NCBI RefSeq assembly: GCF_963921235.1
Contig: NC_086097.1
Location: 180,236,001-180,300,000, forward strand
DNA length: 64,000 bases
Reading direction: 5' to 3'
Source of the DNA: Mobula hypostoma
Lineage: Eukaryota
Part shown: in pieces, positions 51,789 through 64,000 of the stretch
Layout of the letters: every line of letters begins with the position of its first letter
Numbering within the stretch: position 1 is the first letter of the stretch
Made by a program: the position numbers and the translations under genes
Notes under the pieces: model-generated
What the model was told of the DNA's origin: nothing
What the model saw: the letters and a program-made list of their open reading frames with translations, nothing else
Database searches by the model: none

Positions 51789-53236
51789 TTGTAAGGCACG
51801 ACCTGCCTCTGACAAAGCCATGCTGACTATTCCTAATCATATTATGGCTCTCCAAATGTTCGTAAATCCTGCCTCTCAGGATCTTCTCCATCAACTTACC
51901 AACCACTGAAGTAAGACTCACTGGTCTATAATTTCCTGGGCTATCTCTACTCCCATTTTTGAATAAGGGAACAACATCCACAACCCGCTAATCCTCCGGA
52001 ACCTCTCCCGTTCTCATTCATGATGCAAAGATCATCACCAGAGGCTCAGCAATCTCCTCCCTCACCTCCCACAGTAGCCTGGGGTATATCCCATCCAGTC
52101 CCAGTGACTTACCCAACTTGTTACTTTCCAAAAGCTCCAGCACATCCTCTTCCTTAATATCGACATGCTCAAACTTTTCAGTCCACTGTAAGTCATCCCT
52201 ACAATTGCCAAGATCATTTTCCATAGTGAATGGTCCTATTCTCTCAGATCTTATCCTCTTGCTCGTAACCTACTTGTAGAATGCCTTGGGGTTTTCCTTA
52301 ATCCTGTCCACCAAGGCCTTCTCATGGCCCCTTCTGGCTCTCCTCATTTCATTTTTGAGCTCCTTCCTCCTAGCCTTATAATCTTCTAGCTCTCTATCAT
52401 TACCTAGGTTTTTGAACCTTTCATAAACTCTTCTTTTCTTCTTGACTAGATTTACAACAGCCTTTGTACACCATGGTTCCTGTACCCTACCATCCTTACC
52501 GTCTCATTGGAACGTACCTATGCAGAAGGCCACGCAAATATCCCCTGAACATTTGCCACATTTCTTCCATACGTTTCACTGAGAACACCTGTTTCCAATT
52601 TGCGCTTCCAAGTTCCTGTCTGATAGCCTCATATTTCCCTTTACTCCAATTAAACGTTTCCCTAACTTGTCTGTTCTGATGCCTCTCCAATGCTATGGTA
52701 AAGGACATAGAATTGTGATCACTATCTCCAAAATGCTCTCCCACTGAGAGACCTGACACCTGACCAGGTTCATTTCCCAATACCAAATCAAGTACTGCCT
52801 CTCCTCTTGTCGGCTTATCTACATATTGTGTCAAGAAACTTACTTGAACACACCTAACAAACTCCACCCCATCTAAACCCCTCACTCTAGGGAGATGCCA
52901 ATCAATATTTGGGAAATTAAAATCTCCCACCACGACAACCCTGTTATTATTACACCTTTGCAGAATCTGTCTCCCTATCTGCTCCTCGATGTCCCTGTTA
53001 CTATTGGGTGGTCTATAAAAAATACCCAGTAGAGCTACTGACCCCTTCCTATTCCTAACTTCCACCCACAGAGACTGCATAGACAACCCCTCCATAACTT
53101 CCTCCTTTTCTGCAGCCGTGACACTATCCCTGATCAACAGTGCCACACCCCCACCTCTTTTGCCTCCCGCCCGGTCCTTTCTGAAACATCTAAAGCCTGG
53201 CACTTGAAGAAGCCATTCCTGCCCCTGCACCATCCA

Positions 53237-55144
53237 AGTAACTAAAAAGGCAATACGCGGAGAAAAAATGAGGTACAAAGGTAAACTAGCCAAGAATATA
53301 AAGGAAGATAGTAAAAGTTTCTTTAGGTATGTGAAAAGGAAAAAAATAGTTAAGACCAAAATTGGGCCCTTGAAGACAGAAGCGGGTGAATTTATTATGG
53401 GGAACAAGGAAATGGCAGATGAGTTGAACAGGTACTTTGGATCTGTCTTCACTAGGGAAGACACAAACAATCTCCCAGATGTAATAGTGGCCAAAGGACC
53501 TAGGGTAATGGATGAACTGAAGGAAATTTATATTAGGTAGGAAATGGTGTTGGATAGGCTGCTGGGTCTGAAGGCTGGTAAGTCCCCGGGACCTGACCGT
53601 CTGCATCCCAGGGTACTTAAGGAGGTGGCTTTAGAAATCATGGACGCATTGGTAATCATTTTCCAATGTTCTATAGATTCAGGATCGGTTCCTGTGGATT
53701 GGAGGGTGGCTAATGTTGTCCCTCTCTTCAAGAAGGGAGGAACAGAGAAAACAGGGAATTATAGACCGGTTAGCCTGACGTCGGTGGTGGGAAAGATGCT
53801 GGAGTCAATTATAAAAGATGAAATTACGACACATCTGGATAGTAGTAACAGGATTGGTCCGAGTCAGCAGGCATTTACGAAGGGGAAGTCGTGCTTGACT
53901 AACCTTCTGGAATTTTTTGAGGATGTAACTATGAAAATGGACAAGGGAGAGCCAGTGGATGTAGTGTACCTGGACTTTCAGAAAGCCTTTGATAAAGTCC
54001 CACATAGGAGATTAGTGGGCAAAATTAGGGCACATGGTATTGGGGGCAGAGTACTGACATGGATTGAAAATTGGCTGGCTGACAGAAAACAAAGAGTAGC
54101 GATTAACGGGTCCCCTTCGGAATGGCAGGTGGGGACCAGTGGGGTACCATAGGGTTCAGTGCTGGGACCGCAGCTATTTACAATATATATTAATGATTTA
54201 GATGAGGGAATTAATAGTAACATTAGCAAATTTGCCGATGACACAAAGCTGGGAGGCAGTGTGAAATGTGAGGAGGATGTTATGAGAATGCAGGGTGACT
54301 TGGACAGGCTGGGTGAGTGGGCAGATGCAGTTTAATGTGGATAAATGTGAGGTTATCCACTTTGGTGGTAAGAGCAGGAAGGCAGATTATTATCTAAATG
54401 GAGTCAAGTTAGGAAAAGGGGAAGCACAACGAGATCTAGGTGTTCTTGTACATCAGTCACTGAAAGCAAGCATGCAAGTACAGCGGGCAGTGAAGAAAGC
54501 TAATGGCATGCTGGCCTTCAAAACAAGGGGAATTGAGTATAAGAGCAAAGAGGTCCTTCTGCAGCTGTACAGGGCCCTGGTGAGACCATACCTGGGGTAC
54601 TGTGTGCAGTTTTGGTCTCCAAATTTGAGGAAGGACATTCTTGCTATTGAGGGAGTGCAGCATAGGTTCACAAGGTTAATTCCCGGGATGGCGGGACTGT
54701 CATATGTCGAAAGATTGGAGCGACTGGGCTTGTATACTCTGGAATTTAGAAGGCTGAGAGGGGATCTTATTGAAACATATAAGATTATTAAGGGATTGGA
54801 CACGCTGGAGGCAGGAAGCATATTCCCGCTGATGGATGAGTCCAGAACCAGAGGCCACAGTTTAAGAATTAGGGGTAGGCCATTTAGGACGGAGTTGAGG
54901 AAAAACTTTTTCACCCAGAGAGTGGTGGATATATGGAATGCTCTGCCCCAGAAGGCTGTGGAGGCCAAGTCTCTGGATGCTTTCAAAAAAGAGATGGATA
55001 GAGCTCTTAAAGATAGCGGAATCAAAGGTTATGGGGATAAGGCAAGAACTGGATACTGATTGTGGACGATCAGCCATGATCACAGTGAATGGTGGTGCTG
55101 GCTCAAAGGGCCGAATGGCCTCCTACACCTATTGTCTATTGTCT
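53237..55144 (+). mobile_element. Young 5'-truncated CR1 LINE ORF2
   Basis: Consecutive ORFs 53268..53540, 53544..54152 and 54295..55059 carry RT motifs with few lesions. Tail ctattgtctattgtct. Confidence 0.93.
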
Positions 55145-55809
55145 CTGTCATGGCCACAACATCATAGCTCCAGGTGCAGATCCATGCTCTAAGCTCATCC
55201 ACTTTGTTCATAATACTCCTTGCATTAAAATAGACACAACTCAAACCATCGGTCTGAGCGCATCCCTTCTCGTCACCTGCCTATCCTCCCTTTTGCACGG
55301 TCTCCAAGCTTTCTCTATTTGTGAGCCAACCTCCCTTTCCTCCGTCACTTCAGTTGGGTTCCCACCCCACAGCAATTCTAGTTTAAACTCTCCCCAATAG
55401 CCTTATTAAACCTTCCCTGCCAGGATATTGGTCCCCCTGGGATTCAAGTGCAACCCGTCCTTTTTGTACAGGTCACACCTGCCCCAAAAGAAGTCCCAAT
55501 GATCCAGAAATCTGAATCCCTGTCCCCTGCTCCAATCCCTCAGCCACACATTTATCCCCCAACTCATTCTCTTCCTATACTCACTGTCACGTGGCACAGT
55601 GACACAAAGGCAACATCTATCAAAGTTCCTCACAATGGGGCTATGCCATCTTCTTGCAACTACCATCCACAGCAGGTAAAGTTTGAAGACGAACACCAAG
55701 TTCAACAACAGCTACTTCCCTTCAACCATTTAGTTCTTGAACCAACTCACAAAAAACCATATTACTAAAGCTTAACAACACTATGAGACTTCAGTCCTTG
55801 TACTAAATA

Positions 55810-58800
55810 ATCATAGAACACTACAGCACAGAAACATGCCCTTTGGCCCATCCAATCTATGCCAAACCATTAATCTGCCTAGTCCCATCAACCTGCACCC
55901 AGACCATAGCCCTCCATAACCCACCCATCCATGCACCTATCCAAATTTGTTAAATGTTGAAATTGAGCCCAGATCCACCACTTGCACTGCCAGCTTATTC
56001 CACACTTTCACCACCCTGAGTGCAGAAGCTCCTCCTCATATTACCCTTAAACATTTTACCTTTCACCCTTAACCCATGATCTCTAGTTCCAGTCTCATCC
56101 AACCTCAGTGAAAAAAGCCTCTTGCATTTACCCGAACTATACCACTCCTAATTTTGTATACCTCTATAAAATCACCCCTCAATATCTACATTTATGGGAA
56201 TAAACTTCTAACCTAGAACTAGGTCCTGAAGTCCTGGAACATCCTTGTAAATTTTTTTTGTACTCTTTCAATCTTACTTACATATTTCTTAAAGGTAGGT
56301 GACCAAAACTGGGCATGATACTCCAAATTAGGCCTCACCAATATCTTAAACAATTTATACGCTGTGTCATCTATCTGACACAGTGGTGTCAAGAAAACAA
56401 CCTCTCCCTCAATGTCGCAAAAACAAACCAGCTGGTTGTGGATTACAGGAGAAAAGGAGACGGGCTAACCCCTATTGACATAAATGGATCTGGGATTGAG
56501 AGGGTAAACAGCTTTAAGTTCCCCGGCATCCACATCACCAAGGACCTCACGTGGTCTGTAACACCAGCTGTGTGGTGAAAAAGGCACAACAATGCGTCTT
56601 TCACCTCAGATGGTTGAGGAAGTTTAGTATAGGCCCCAAATCCTCAGAACTTTCTACAGGGACACAATTGAGAGCATCCTCACTGGTTGCATCACTGCCT
56701 GGTATGGGAACCGTACCTCCCTTAATTGCAGGATTCTGCAGAGAGTGGTGCGTCTGTAGTTGTGAACTTCCCATGATATTTACAAGGACAGGTGTGAAAA
56801 AATGGCCCGAAGGATAATTGGGGACCCCAACCACCCCAACCACAATCTATTCTAGCTGCCACCATCCTGGAAACGGTACTGCAGCACAAAAGCCAGGACC
56901 AACAGGCTCCGGGCCAGCTTCTTCCACCAGGCCATCAGACTGATTAACTCACACTGATTTGAGTGTATTTCTTTCTTACACTGACTGTTCTATTTATTAT
57001 AAATTATAATATTATTTTGATTGCACATTTCGACGGAGACGTAACATAATGCTTCTTACTCCTCATGTATGTGAAGGATGTAAGAAATAGTCAATTCAAT
57101 TTCTATACAAATTCCCAACTTCTGTACTCAATACCTTGATTTATGAAGGCCATTGTGCCAAAAGGCTCTATTAATGATCCTATCTACCTGTGATGCAATG
57201 TACAAGGAATTATGGATCTCTATTCCTAGATCCCTCTGTTCTACTGCACTCCTCAGTGCCCGACCATTCACTGTGTAAGACCCACCCTGGTTGGTCCTCC
57301 TAAAGTGTAATGCTTCACACTTGTCTCCATTAAATTCCATCTCCCATTTTTCAGCCCATTTCACCAGCTGGTCTAGATCCTGCCACAAATTTTAATAGAC
57401 TTCCTCACAGACCACTACACCCCCAATCTTGGTATCATCTGCTAATCTGCTGATCCAGTTTATATTATCCAGAATGTTGATATAGATGACAAACAAAAAT
57501 GGACCCAGCACTGATCACTGCAACACTCTGCTAGTCACAGGCCTCCAGTCAGACAGGCAACCATCTACTACCACTCTCTGGCTTCTTCCACAAAGCTAAC
57601 ATCTAATCCAATTTACTACCTCATCTTGAATGCCAACCAAATGGACCTTCTTAACCAACCACCAAAACATGAGGAAACAACACACACAGCACCTCTGCCC
57701 AAAACATTGATTGCTTACTCTTTTGCATAGATACTGCCTGGCCTGCTGAGTTCCTCTTGTGTGTGTTGCTCACCAACCTCCCATGCAGGACCTTGTCAAA
57801 AGCCTTGCTAAAGTCCACAGAGACAACATCCACTTGCTTGCCTTCAACAACTTACCTGCAAACTTCCTTGAAAAACTATAAGATTAGTTAGACAACACAC
57901 ACAAAATCATGCAGATTATCTGTAATCAGTCCCTGTCTATCCAAATACTGATATATCTGGTCCCTTAGAATTCCTTCCAATAACTTTCCCACTACTGATG
58001 TCAAGCTCACCGGCCTATAATTTCTTGGCTTATTCTTAGAGCTTTTCTTAAACAGTGGAATGGCATTAGCTATTCTCCAATCCTCCTGCACCTCACCTGT
58101 GATTAAGGATATTTTAAATATCTCTGCTAGAGAATCCAAGATGGTGGTGCATTCAGACGCAGTAACCACTTTGTCTCAAACGTCACTTGACTTGACTAGG
58201 CCCCCTGTGGTTTCAGCACTAGCCTCCCACAGGGTATGATGGGATATATTGTCAAGCCTGGGGATTTATCCACCCTCAATTTGCTCAAGACAGCAAACAC
58301 CTCCTCCTCTGTAATCAGTATAGGGTTTATGACCTCGCTCCTGTTTTGCCTCACATCTGCCACCCAGTGCCCACCCCGAGAAAATACAGATGCAAAAAAT
58401 CCATTTAAGATCTCCACCCCTTTTGGCTCCACATATAGATTACCACTCTGATCTTCCAGAGGACCAATTTTGTCCCTTGCTATCCTTCTGCTCTTAGTAT
58501 ATCTGTAAAAGCCCTTAGGATTCTCCGTCACCTTGTCTGCGAGAGAATGTCTTCTTTTAGCCCTCCTCATTTCCTTCTTACATGTCTTCAAGTACCTAAT
58601 TTCATCCTGCCTGCTTATATCTGCTATGCACCTCCTTTTTCTTATCCAGGGCCTAAATCTCTCTCGAAAATTGAGGTTCCACAAGCTTGTTATGCTTTCC
58701 TTTTATTCTGATAGGAACATACAAACTCTTTTGAAGCCCTCCCACTTACCAAGTAAATCTTTGCCAGAAAACAACCTGCACCAATCCACATTTGCCAGAT

Positions 58801-59580
58801 CCTTGCTGAAAAGTACTCTAATTTAGAATCTCGGACCTATCCTTTTCCATAATTATTTTGAAACTATGATCACTAGATACAAAGTGTTCCCCTACACAGA
58901 GTTCTGTCACCTGCCCTGTGTTATTCCCTAATAGGAGATCTAAGATCGCTCTCTCTCTTGTTGGGACTTCTATGTATTGATTCAGGAAACTTTCCTGAAC
59001 ACATTTAACAAACTATCTCCCATCCAGCCCTTTTATTAGATGGGAGTCCCAGTAAATATGTGGAAATTTAAAATCACCTGTCACAACCTTATGTTCCTTG
59101 CAACAGTCTGCAATCGCTCTACAAATTTGCTCTACTAAATCCTGCAGACTGTTGGGTGGTTTATAATATAATCCCATTAACGTGGTTATACCTCTTTTTC
59201 CATAGTCTACCCATAAAGCCTTACTAGATGAGCTCTCCAGTCTGTCCTGAGTACTGCCAAGACATTTTTCCTGACGAGTAATGCCACTCCTCCCCCTTTA
59301 ATCCCTCCTACCCTATCACATGTAAAATAACAGTACCCTGGAACTCTGAGCTGCCAGTCCTGCCTCTCCTGCAACTAACAGCTACAATGTCATAATTTGA
59401 TGTGCTGATCTATGTCCTAGGCTCACTTGCCTTTCCTACAATACACCTTAAATTCAAATATACGCAGCTCAGGACATTAGTCCCACCACCCTCAACCTTT
59501 CAATTCCTGACTTTACATGTCGGCTTAACAATATCTTTCTCCACAACCACTCCACTACTTGTTTTGGAGCTCCGGTTTTC
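55810..59580 (-). mobile_element. Decayed CR1 LINE split by a Rex copy (56361-57100, +) and a Penelope terminus (about 57661-57771)
   Basis: NYRPVSLTSVVGK, DFSKAFDKV and KIGPLEDQSG on the minus strand. Rex insert has WCQENNLSLNVAKT and a caattcaatt tail. accaacc is repeated around the 57.7 kb insert. Confidence 0.82.
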
Positions 59581-60532
59581 ATTCCCCTCAAATGGACTTT
59601 TTATTCAACTTGTGTTCTTTCTTATAATTATTGTTTATTATTTTCTTATGAACACTGCTTTTATAATGCTATGGGCCTCTGACACTGCCCCTGCGCAGTA
59701 TCAATTTTTCATTGCATCTGTGCAGACATGCACTTGTACAAATACTGCACCGTCTATGTACATGCACATGACTGGATGTTATGTACTTATACATACTGTC
59801 CAGTAATCCCCTTCTGAATGTATCTGCACCATCTCAAATCATTGTTCCTTCATGCATTTACCTCTTATTTGATGCCTCTTCATCCATCAAATTACTGTCT
59901 ATTTCTTTCACCTTGTGTGTTTAACCAGCTTCCTCTTAACCACAGTTTGCTTAAACAGCCTCGCCTCTTCCCTAACTGGTGCTGCATTTTCTTTTGCTTT
60001 CCTCCTCTACTTTTCCTTATTACCAACCTGCCTTAGTCACCCAAATCCACCTGTTCCCTGCCCACCACCATTCATGTCTCTTTGGTCCAGCTATTACCTA
60101 CTGGTCTGTCTCACCTCTCCCCCTCTCTATACAAAGCTATCTCCCCTAAAGACCCTTACAATGAGTCTTGACCCAAAGTGACTATTCCTTCTCCCAAACT
60201 CACCTCCACCCCCACCCAGAAGCTAAGTTCCTTTTTGTTGCATCTGTCCTATTTACCTCCAGCTTTCCTTGTACTCTCCATAGAAAGAGAATGAAGGATC
60301 TCAACCTGAAACACCAATTATCCATTTCCCTATACAGATGCTTCCTGACCTCCAGCAGTTCATTTGCTCCTAAGGGAAATTCCCCTCAATTCCTCATTAG
60401 ATTAATTCTGATTTGGCCTCCCCCAGATGCAGATGCCTACATTCAGCCTAACCCTCAGCCATCACATCTTAAGAGGTACATTTTGTTCAGATTTTCCCAA
60501 CATGCTGGTTTATTCTACAGACTAGTGCATAC

Positions 60533-60660
60533 CTTCCCCCATTAGCATGGAAAACCACAGACTCTTTGCCTGTGCTGATGCAGCCATTGATGCTTTCCAG
60601 AACCCCGGAATTCACCATCTTAAACAGCAGCAGACGGGTTTTCGAATCCATAGCTTGATC
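60533..60660 (-). CDS. RIOK3: RIOK3 coding exon with the ATP-binding loop (DQAMDSKTRLLLFKMVNSGVLESINGCISTGKESVVFHANGG)
   Basis: 128 bp, AG/GT bounded, phase 0 to 2. Contains the RIO signature STGKES. Confidence 0.97.
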
Positions 60661-61749
60661 CTGAATTAGCAGTAAAGCACGACATGAAGTAAACAAAGAC
60701 ATGACTTCAAAATAAGCTTTCAGACTCAGAATTATTCATCATAAGTACATTGAACTATATCATTTGCGTTAACAACCAACACACCCAAGAATGTGTTGGG
60801 TCAGTCTGCAAGTGTCGTCACACATTCCGACGCTAACAAAGCATGCCCACAATGTTTACTATAACAACACTAGCAACAACAACAGCAAAACAAGCCCCTT
60901 TCCCAACCTCCAACTCATATACAGACAGGCATCTGACCTTTAATTGCAATGTATACGTCTTTAGCCCATACTTGTACATTCCAATTAAAAGTCAATCAAA
61001 GGTTAACCTTAATCAGAATATATTACTGACTTGTATGTCATGAAATTTGCTTTGCGGCACTAGTACAATGGAAAGACACAAATCATCCAATAAAAAGGAA
61101 TAATGAGGATGTGTTAATGATCAGTTGAGAACTGAAAAGCAGAAGGAAAGACGACCCTTGATGGTAGTAACAGGAGGACATACTAATGACTCAGCAAGCT
61201 GCAGAACTGAAAACTTTAATACGAAAACAAAGTTTTGGAAGCACTCCACAGGTCAGGCCATATCTGGGGAAAGAGGAGCAGAGTCAATGTTTCAGGTCAA
61301 AGATCCTTTGTCTGAACGTATTATTTAGTTCTGATAAAGGGTCCTTCACCTATCATGTTGACTCTGTCTCTTATCACAGTTGCCACCTGACCTGCTGAAT
61401 GTTTCTAGCACTTACAGTTTTTATTTCAAATTTCCAAAATCTACTGTTTGATGTTGATGTTAATACTTTAAGGACCATATTGTATGGATTCACATGGTCA
61501 CTAAATCTTTGTGGTCCCCATGGTCCTCCCACAGGGCACAGACAACCATCAGCAGCAATCTGCCACCACCCAGTGGCTGCCCTGAAGATATTGTGACTGC
61601 TTGTTCTATCAGAAAAGCCACATAGAGTCATACAGCATGGAAACGAGCCCTTCAGCCCAGCTGGTCCAGGCTGACAGAACCGACTATCTGAGCTAGTTCC
61701 ATCTGGCCAAACTTATTTTTTTAAACTGTCTAAATGTCTTTCAATAATA

Positions 61750-62047
61750 GGAGACTCAGGGATCAGAGGCAAAGGCTCAGAATAAAAGGACATCGCTTCA
61801 GAAGAGATGAAGAGGAATTTCTTTAGCAAGAGGGTGGTGAATCTGTGGAATTATTTGCCACAGATGACTGTAGGGGCCAGTCACTATATTTTAAGCAGAG
61901 GTTGATAGATTCTCCATTAATAAAGGCAAAATTAATGGGAGGAAGGTAGAAGTGGACTGAGATGGAAAATAAATCAGCTATGATTGAATGGCAGAGCAGG
62001 CTTAACAGGCCGAATGGCCTAATTCTGCTCCTATGTCTTATGGTCTT
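61750..62047 (+). mobile_element. CR1 LINE 3' end
   Basis: gagggtggtgaatctgtggaatt and tail ctcctatgtcttatggtct, as at 8945-8962. Confidence 0.85.
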
Positions 62048-62071
62048 TTAAACATTATACACACACACACA

Positions 62072-62930
62072 CAGTACTGTGCAAAACTCTCGGCCACCCC
62101 AGATTTTTATATAAATTTTATTTTGGATGTTTAGTTTGTTTTCTGCACGAGTATGTCAATAGAAAAGAGCTAGTTTTAGATTTCCAAGCATTCATTTTCC
62201 AAACATTAAACGTTACAGAAAAATTTTTGTTTCTGGAAAGAAAGTAACAAGTAATGGACCACTTTTCAAGTAAAAACTTGATTATTTTGTAGGTTTACAG
62301 CCCCGTGCATGGTTAAACAAACATAACAAACAGGTGATATAATGAATTGAATGAACTGAACTGATTAACCTAAATAGAAACAGGTGTAGAAGTAATCAAA
62401 GTGAATGAAGATCAATCAAACTAAAAGGTGATGGTGTGGCAGATGTGACTGCTAACCTTCAAGACATCAATGCTCACACCATGGCAAGAGTGAGCATAGC
62501 AAAAAGACACAGCTCCCAAGCAGAAATTTCACAGAAGACAGGAGCTTCAAGATGTGCTGTCCAAGACCTTCTGAAGAAGCATGAAGAAATGTGCATGGTT
62601 CAGGACCAGAAATGCAGTGGTCTGCCACAGAAACTGAGTCCAGCAGATGAGAGATACATCAAACTGGCGTCCCTTCTGTATCGAAGTCCAGTACTGCTAT
62701 CAGCTCTGAATTTACAGAAACCACTGGAACCTAAATACACCCCTCTACAGCCTGGAGAAGTCTTGTCAGAAGTGGTCTTCATGGAAGAATTGCTGCCGAA
62801 AAGCCATTTTTTCAAAGTGGAAACAAAGCCAAGAGATTCACCTATACACAAAACACAAGGACTGGGTTGCTGGACAATGGCAACAAGTGCTCTGGACTGA
62901 TGAGTCAAAGTTTGAAATTTTTTGGCTGAA
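62072..62930 (+). mobile_element. Tc1-family transposon 5' half, same family as 23938-25284
   Basis: Left TIR cagtactgtgcaaaa follows a (CA)n run. Transposase N-terminus (SQAEISQKTGASRCAVQDLLKKH) and LWTDESKFE. Confidence 0.88.
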
Positions 62931-63233
62931 ACAGGAGCCAGAAAAAGAGTTAAGAGTCACAATGACAGAGGAGTTTTTTTTTGGAAAGGAGTTGTTGCAA
63001 TCAGAAATGTGTTGCCTGAAAATGCAGTGGAATCAGATTCCAGAGGTGCTTTTAAAAGGGAACAGAAAGAATTCTTGGAGTAAACTGCAGGGCTACAGGG
63101 AAAGAATAGGGGAGTGGGACTAGTGGGATTGTTCGGAGAAGGAGCCAGTGAAAAAAGGGGCTGAGTGGCCTTGTACACTGCAAAAGTCTACAACAAACAC
63201 CAGTCATACTGAATCATTTACAGCCAGACATAC

Positions 63234-63377
63234 AGAAGTGGAGTGCTCTTTCTTTTCGTGGATCTTGGCACTACGGCGCTGTTCTGAATACGAATGCTGC
63301 TTCAGAGCATTGAAAACGCGGTTAGAGAGTTTCAAGTCCATCCCAATTCCATCGCCAACCTGGAACTCTGGAGCAAA
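63234..63377 (-). CDS. RIOK3: RIOK3 coding exon (FAPEFQVGDGIGMDLKLSNRVFNALKQHSYSEQRRSAKIHEKKEHSTS)
   Basis: 144 bp, ttccctttcag acceptor and gtatgt donor. Peptide lies in ORF 63204..63416 and is typical of RIOK3. Confidence 0.96.
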
Positions 63378-63899
63378 CTGAAAGGGAAAACGTTTTCGAT
63401 CATTACATGCACTCAATGTCAGTGCAATATTGCAGTCTTGCTCTATAGTTTATCAAACAGAAACATTCTTCTACAAAACTATCCCAGGATTCCAGCTGCT
63501 GAACCTTGTGTGACTAGCTTTTATATTGGTTCTTTATAGTCTACATGTCACGCTTAATGTCAATATTTTATTTACTTAGAGTCACAGTAAAGTAACAGAC
63601 CCTTGTGGTCCAACAAGCCTGCACAATCCAATGTGACGAATTGATCTACTAATCACAGAGTCTCTGGAACGTGGGAGGAAACCCATGTGGTCATGGGGAG
63701 AACGTATAAACTACTGAAAGTCAGTGTCTGGAATTGAACCTCAATCGCTGCCATGTTCCCCCAGTTTATCTCTTGGTTATCACACGCGCCATAAGAAATG
63801 TGCAAATCAATGATTACATCAACCAAGACCTTATCCTTCCCCACCCAAATGTCATATTCATCAGACATAAAACTTCAGCAAAAGAATGTACATGCTTAC

Positions 63900-64000
63900 A
63901 TTTTCCATTCGAGCTGTATTCCTCCTGCCACAAGTCACCTCGTCGTGTTTGGTGGTAATCTCTTTCCCCTTTCCTGCAAATCCTCGCCTCGGATTTGTTG
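63900..64000 (-). CDS. RIOK3: RIOK3 coding exon, cut by the window edge (..TNPRRGFAGKGKEITTKHDEVTCGRRNTARMEN)
   Basis: Manual minus-strand translation matches the RIOK3 segment I recall as GKGKDITTKHDEVVCGRKNTARMEN. GT donor (gtaagc) follows 63900, phase 0. Confidence 0.93.

Larger units (their letters stand above)
50297..55600 (-). mobile_element. CR1 LINE (50297-53235 and 55145-55600) interrupted by a hAT MITE and a plus-strand CR1
   Basis: Collinear ORF1 end (YKKDGLHLNPRGTNILAG), APE (YRPPNS, VVVGDFNFP, DSDHN), RT (KFADDTK) and 3' tail. Confidence 0.92.

Noticed and set aside
52496..53494. 332-aa ORF as a novel endonuclease gene
   Set aside because: It is a chimeric frame: the antisense of an inserted CR1 fused by chance to the APE domain of the host CR1.

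Overview
Eukaryotic, repeat-rich genomic DNA, most likely from a cartilaginous fish such as a ray or shark (inferred from the CR1/HER1-type LINEs, V-SINE-type SINEs and Penelope-derived tails). Two spliced protein-coding genes lie on the minus strand. RIOK3 contributes its last nine coding exons (64000 down to the stop at 31977), all with canonical splice sites where visible and consistent phases. RMC1/C18orf8 contributes its promoter and first two coding exons (19363-19265 and 2115-2039). The order RIOK3 then RMC1 matches my recollection of the human locus. Most of the rest is transposon debris: CR1 and Rex1/Babar LINEs, Penelope elements, two Tc1 families, a solo LTR, hAT and Harbinger MITEs and SINEs, often nested. 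Most ORFs in the supplied track are TE fragments or noise. I found no clearly new multi-gene system. The best leads are (i) a minimal hammerhead-ribozyme motif at the end of a young Penelope element and a dispersed family of short, often palindromic insertions built from that terminus, (ii) a complex hairpin insertion at 6.9-7.3 kb, and (iii) an E-to-A change in the RIOK3 catalytic loop (HADLSAYN).
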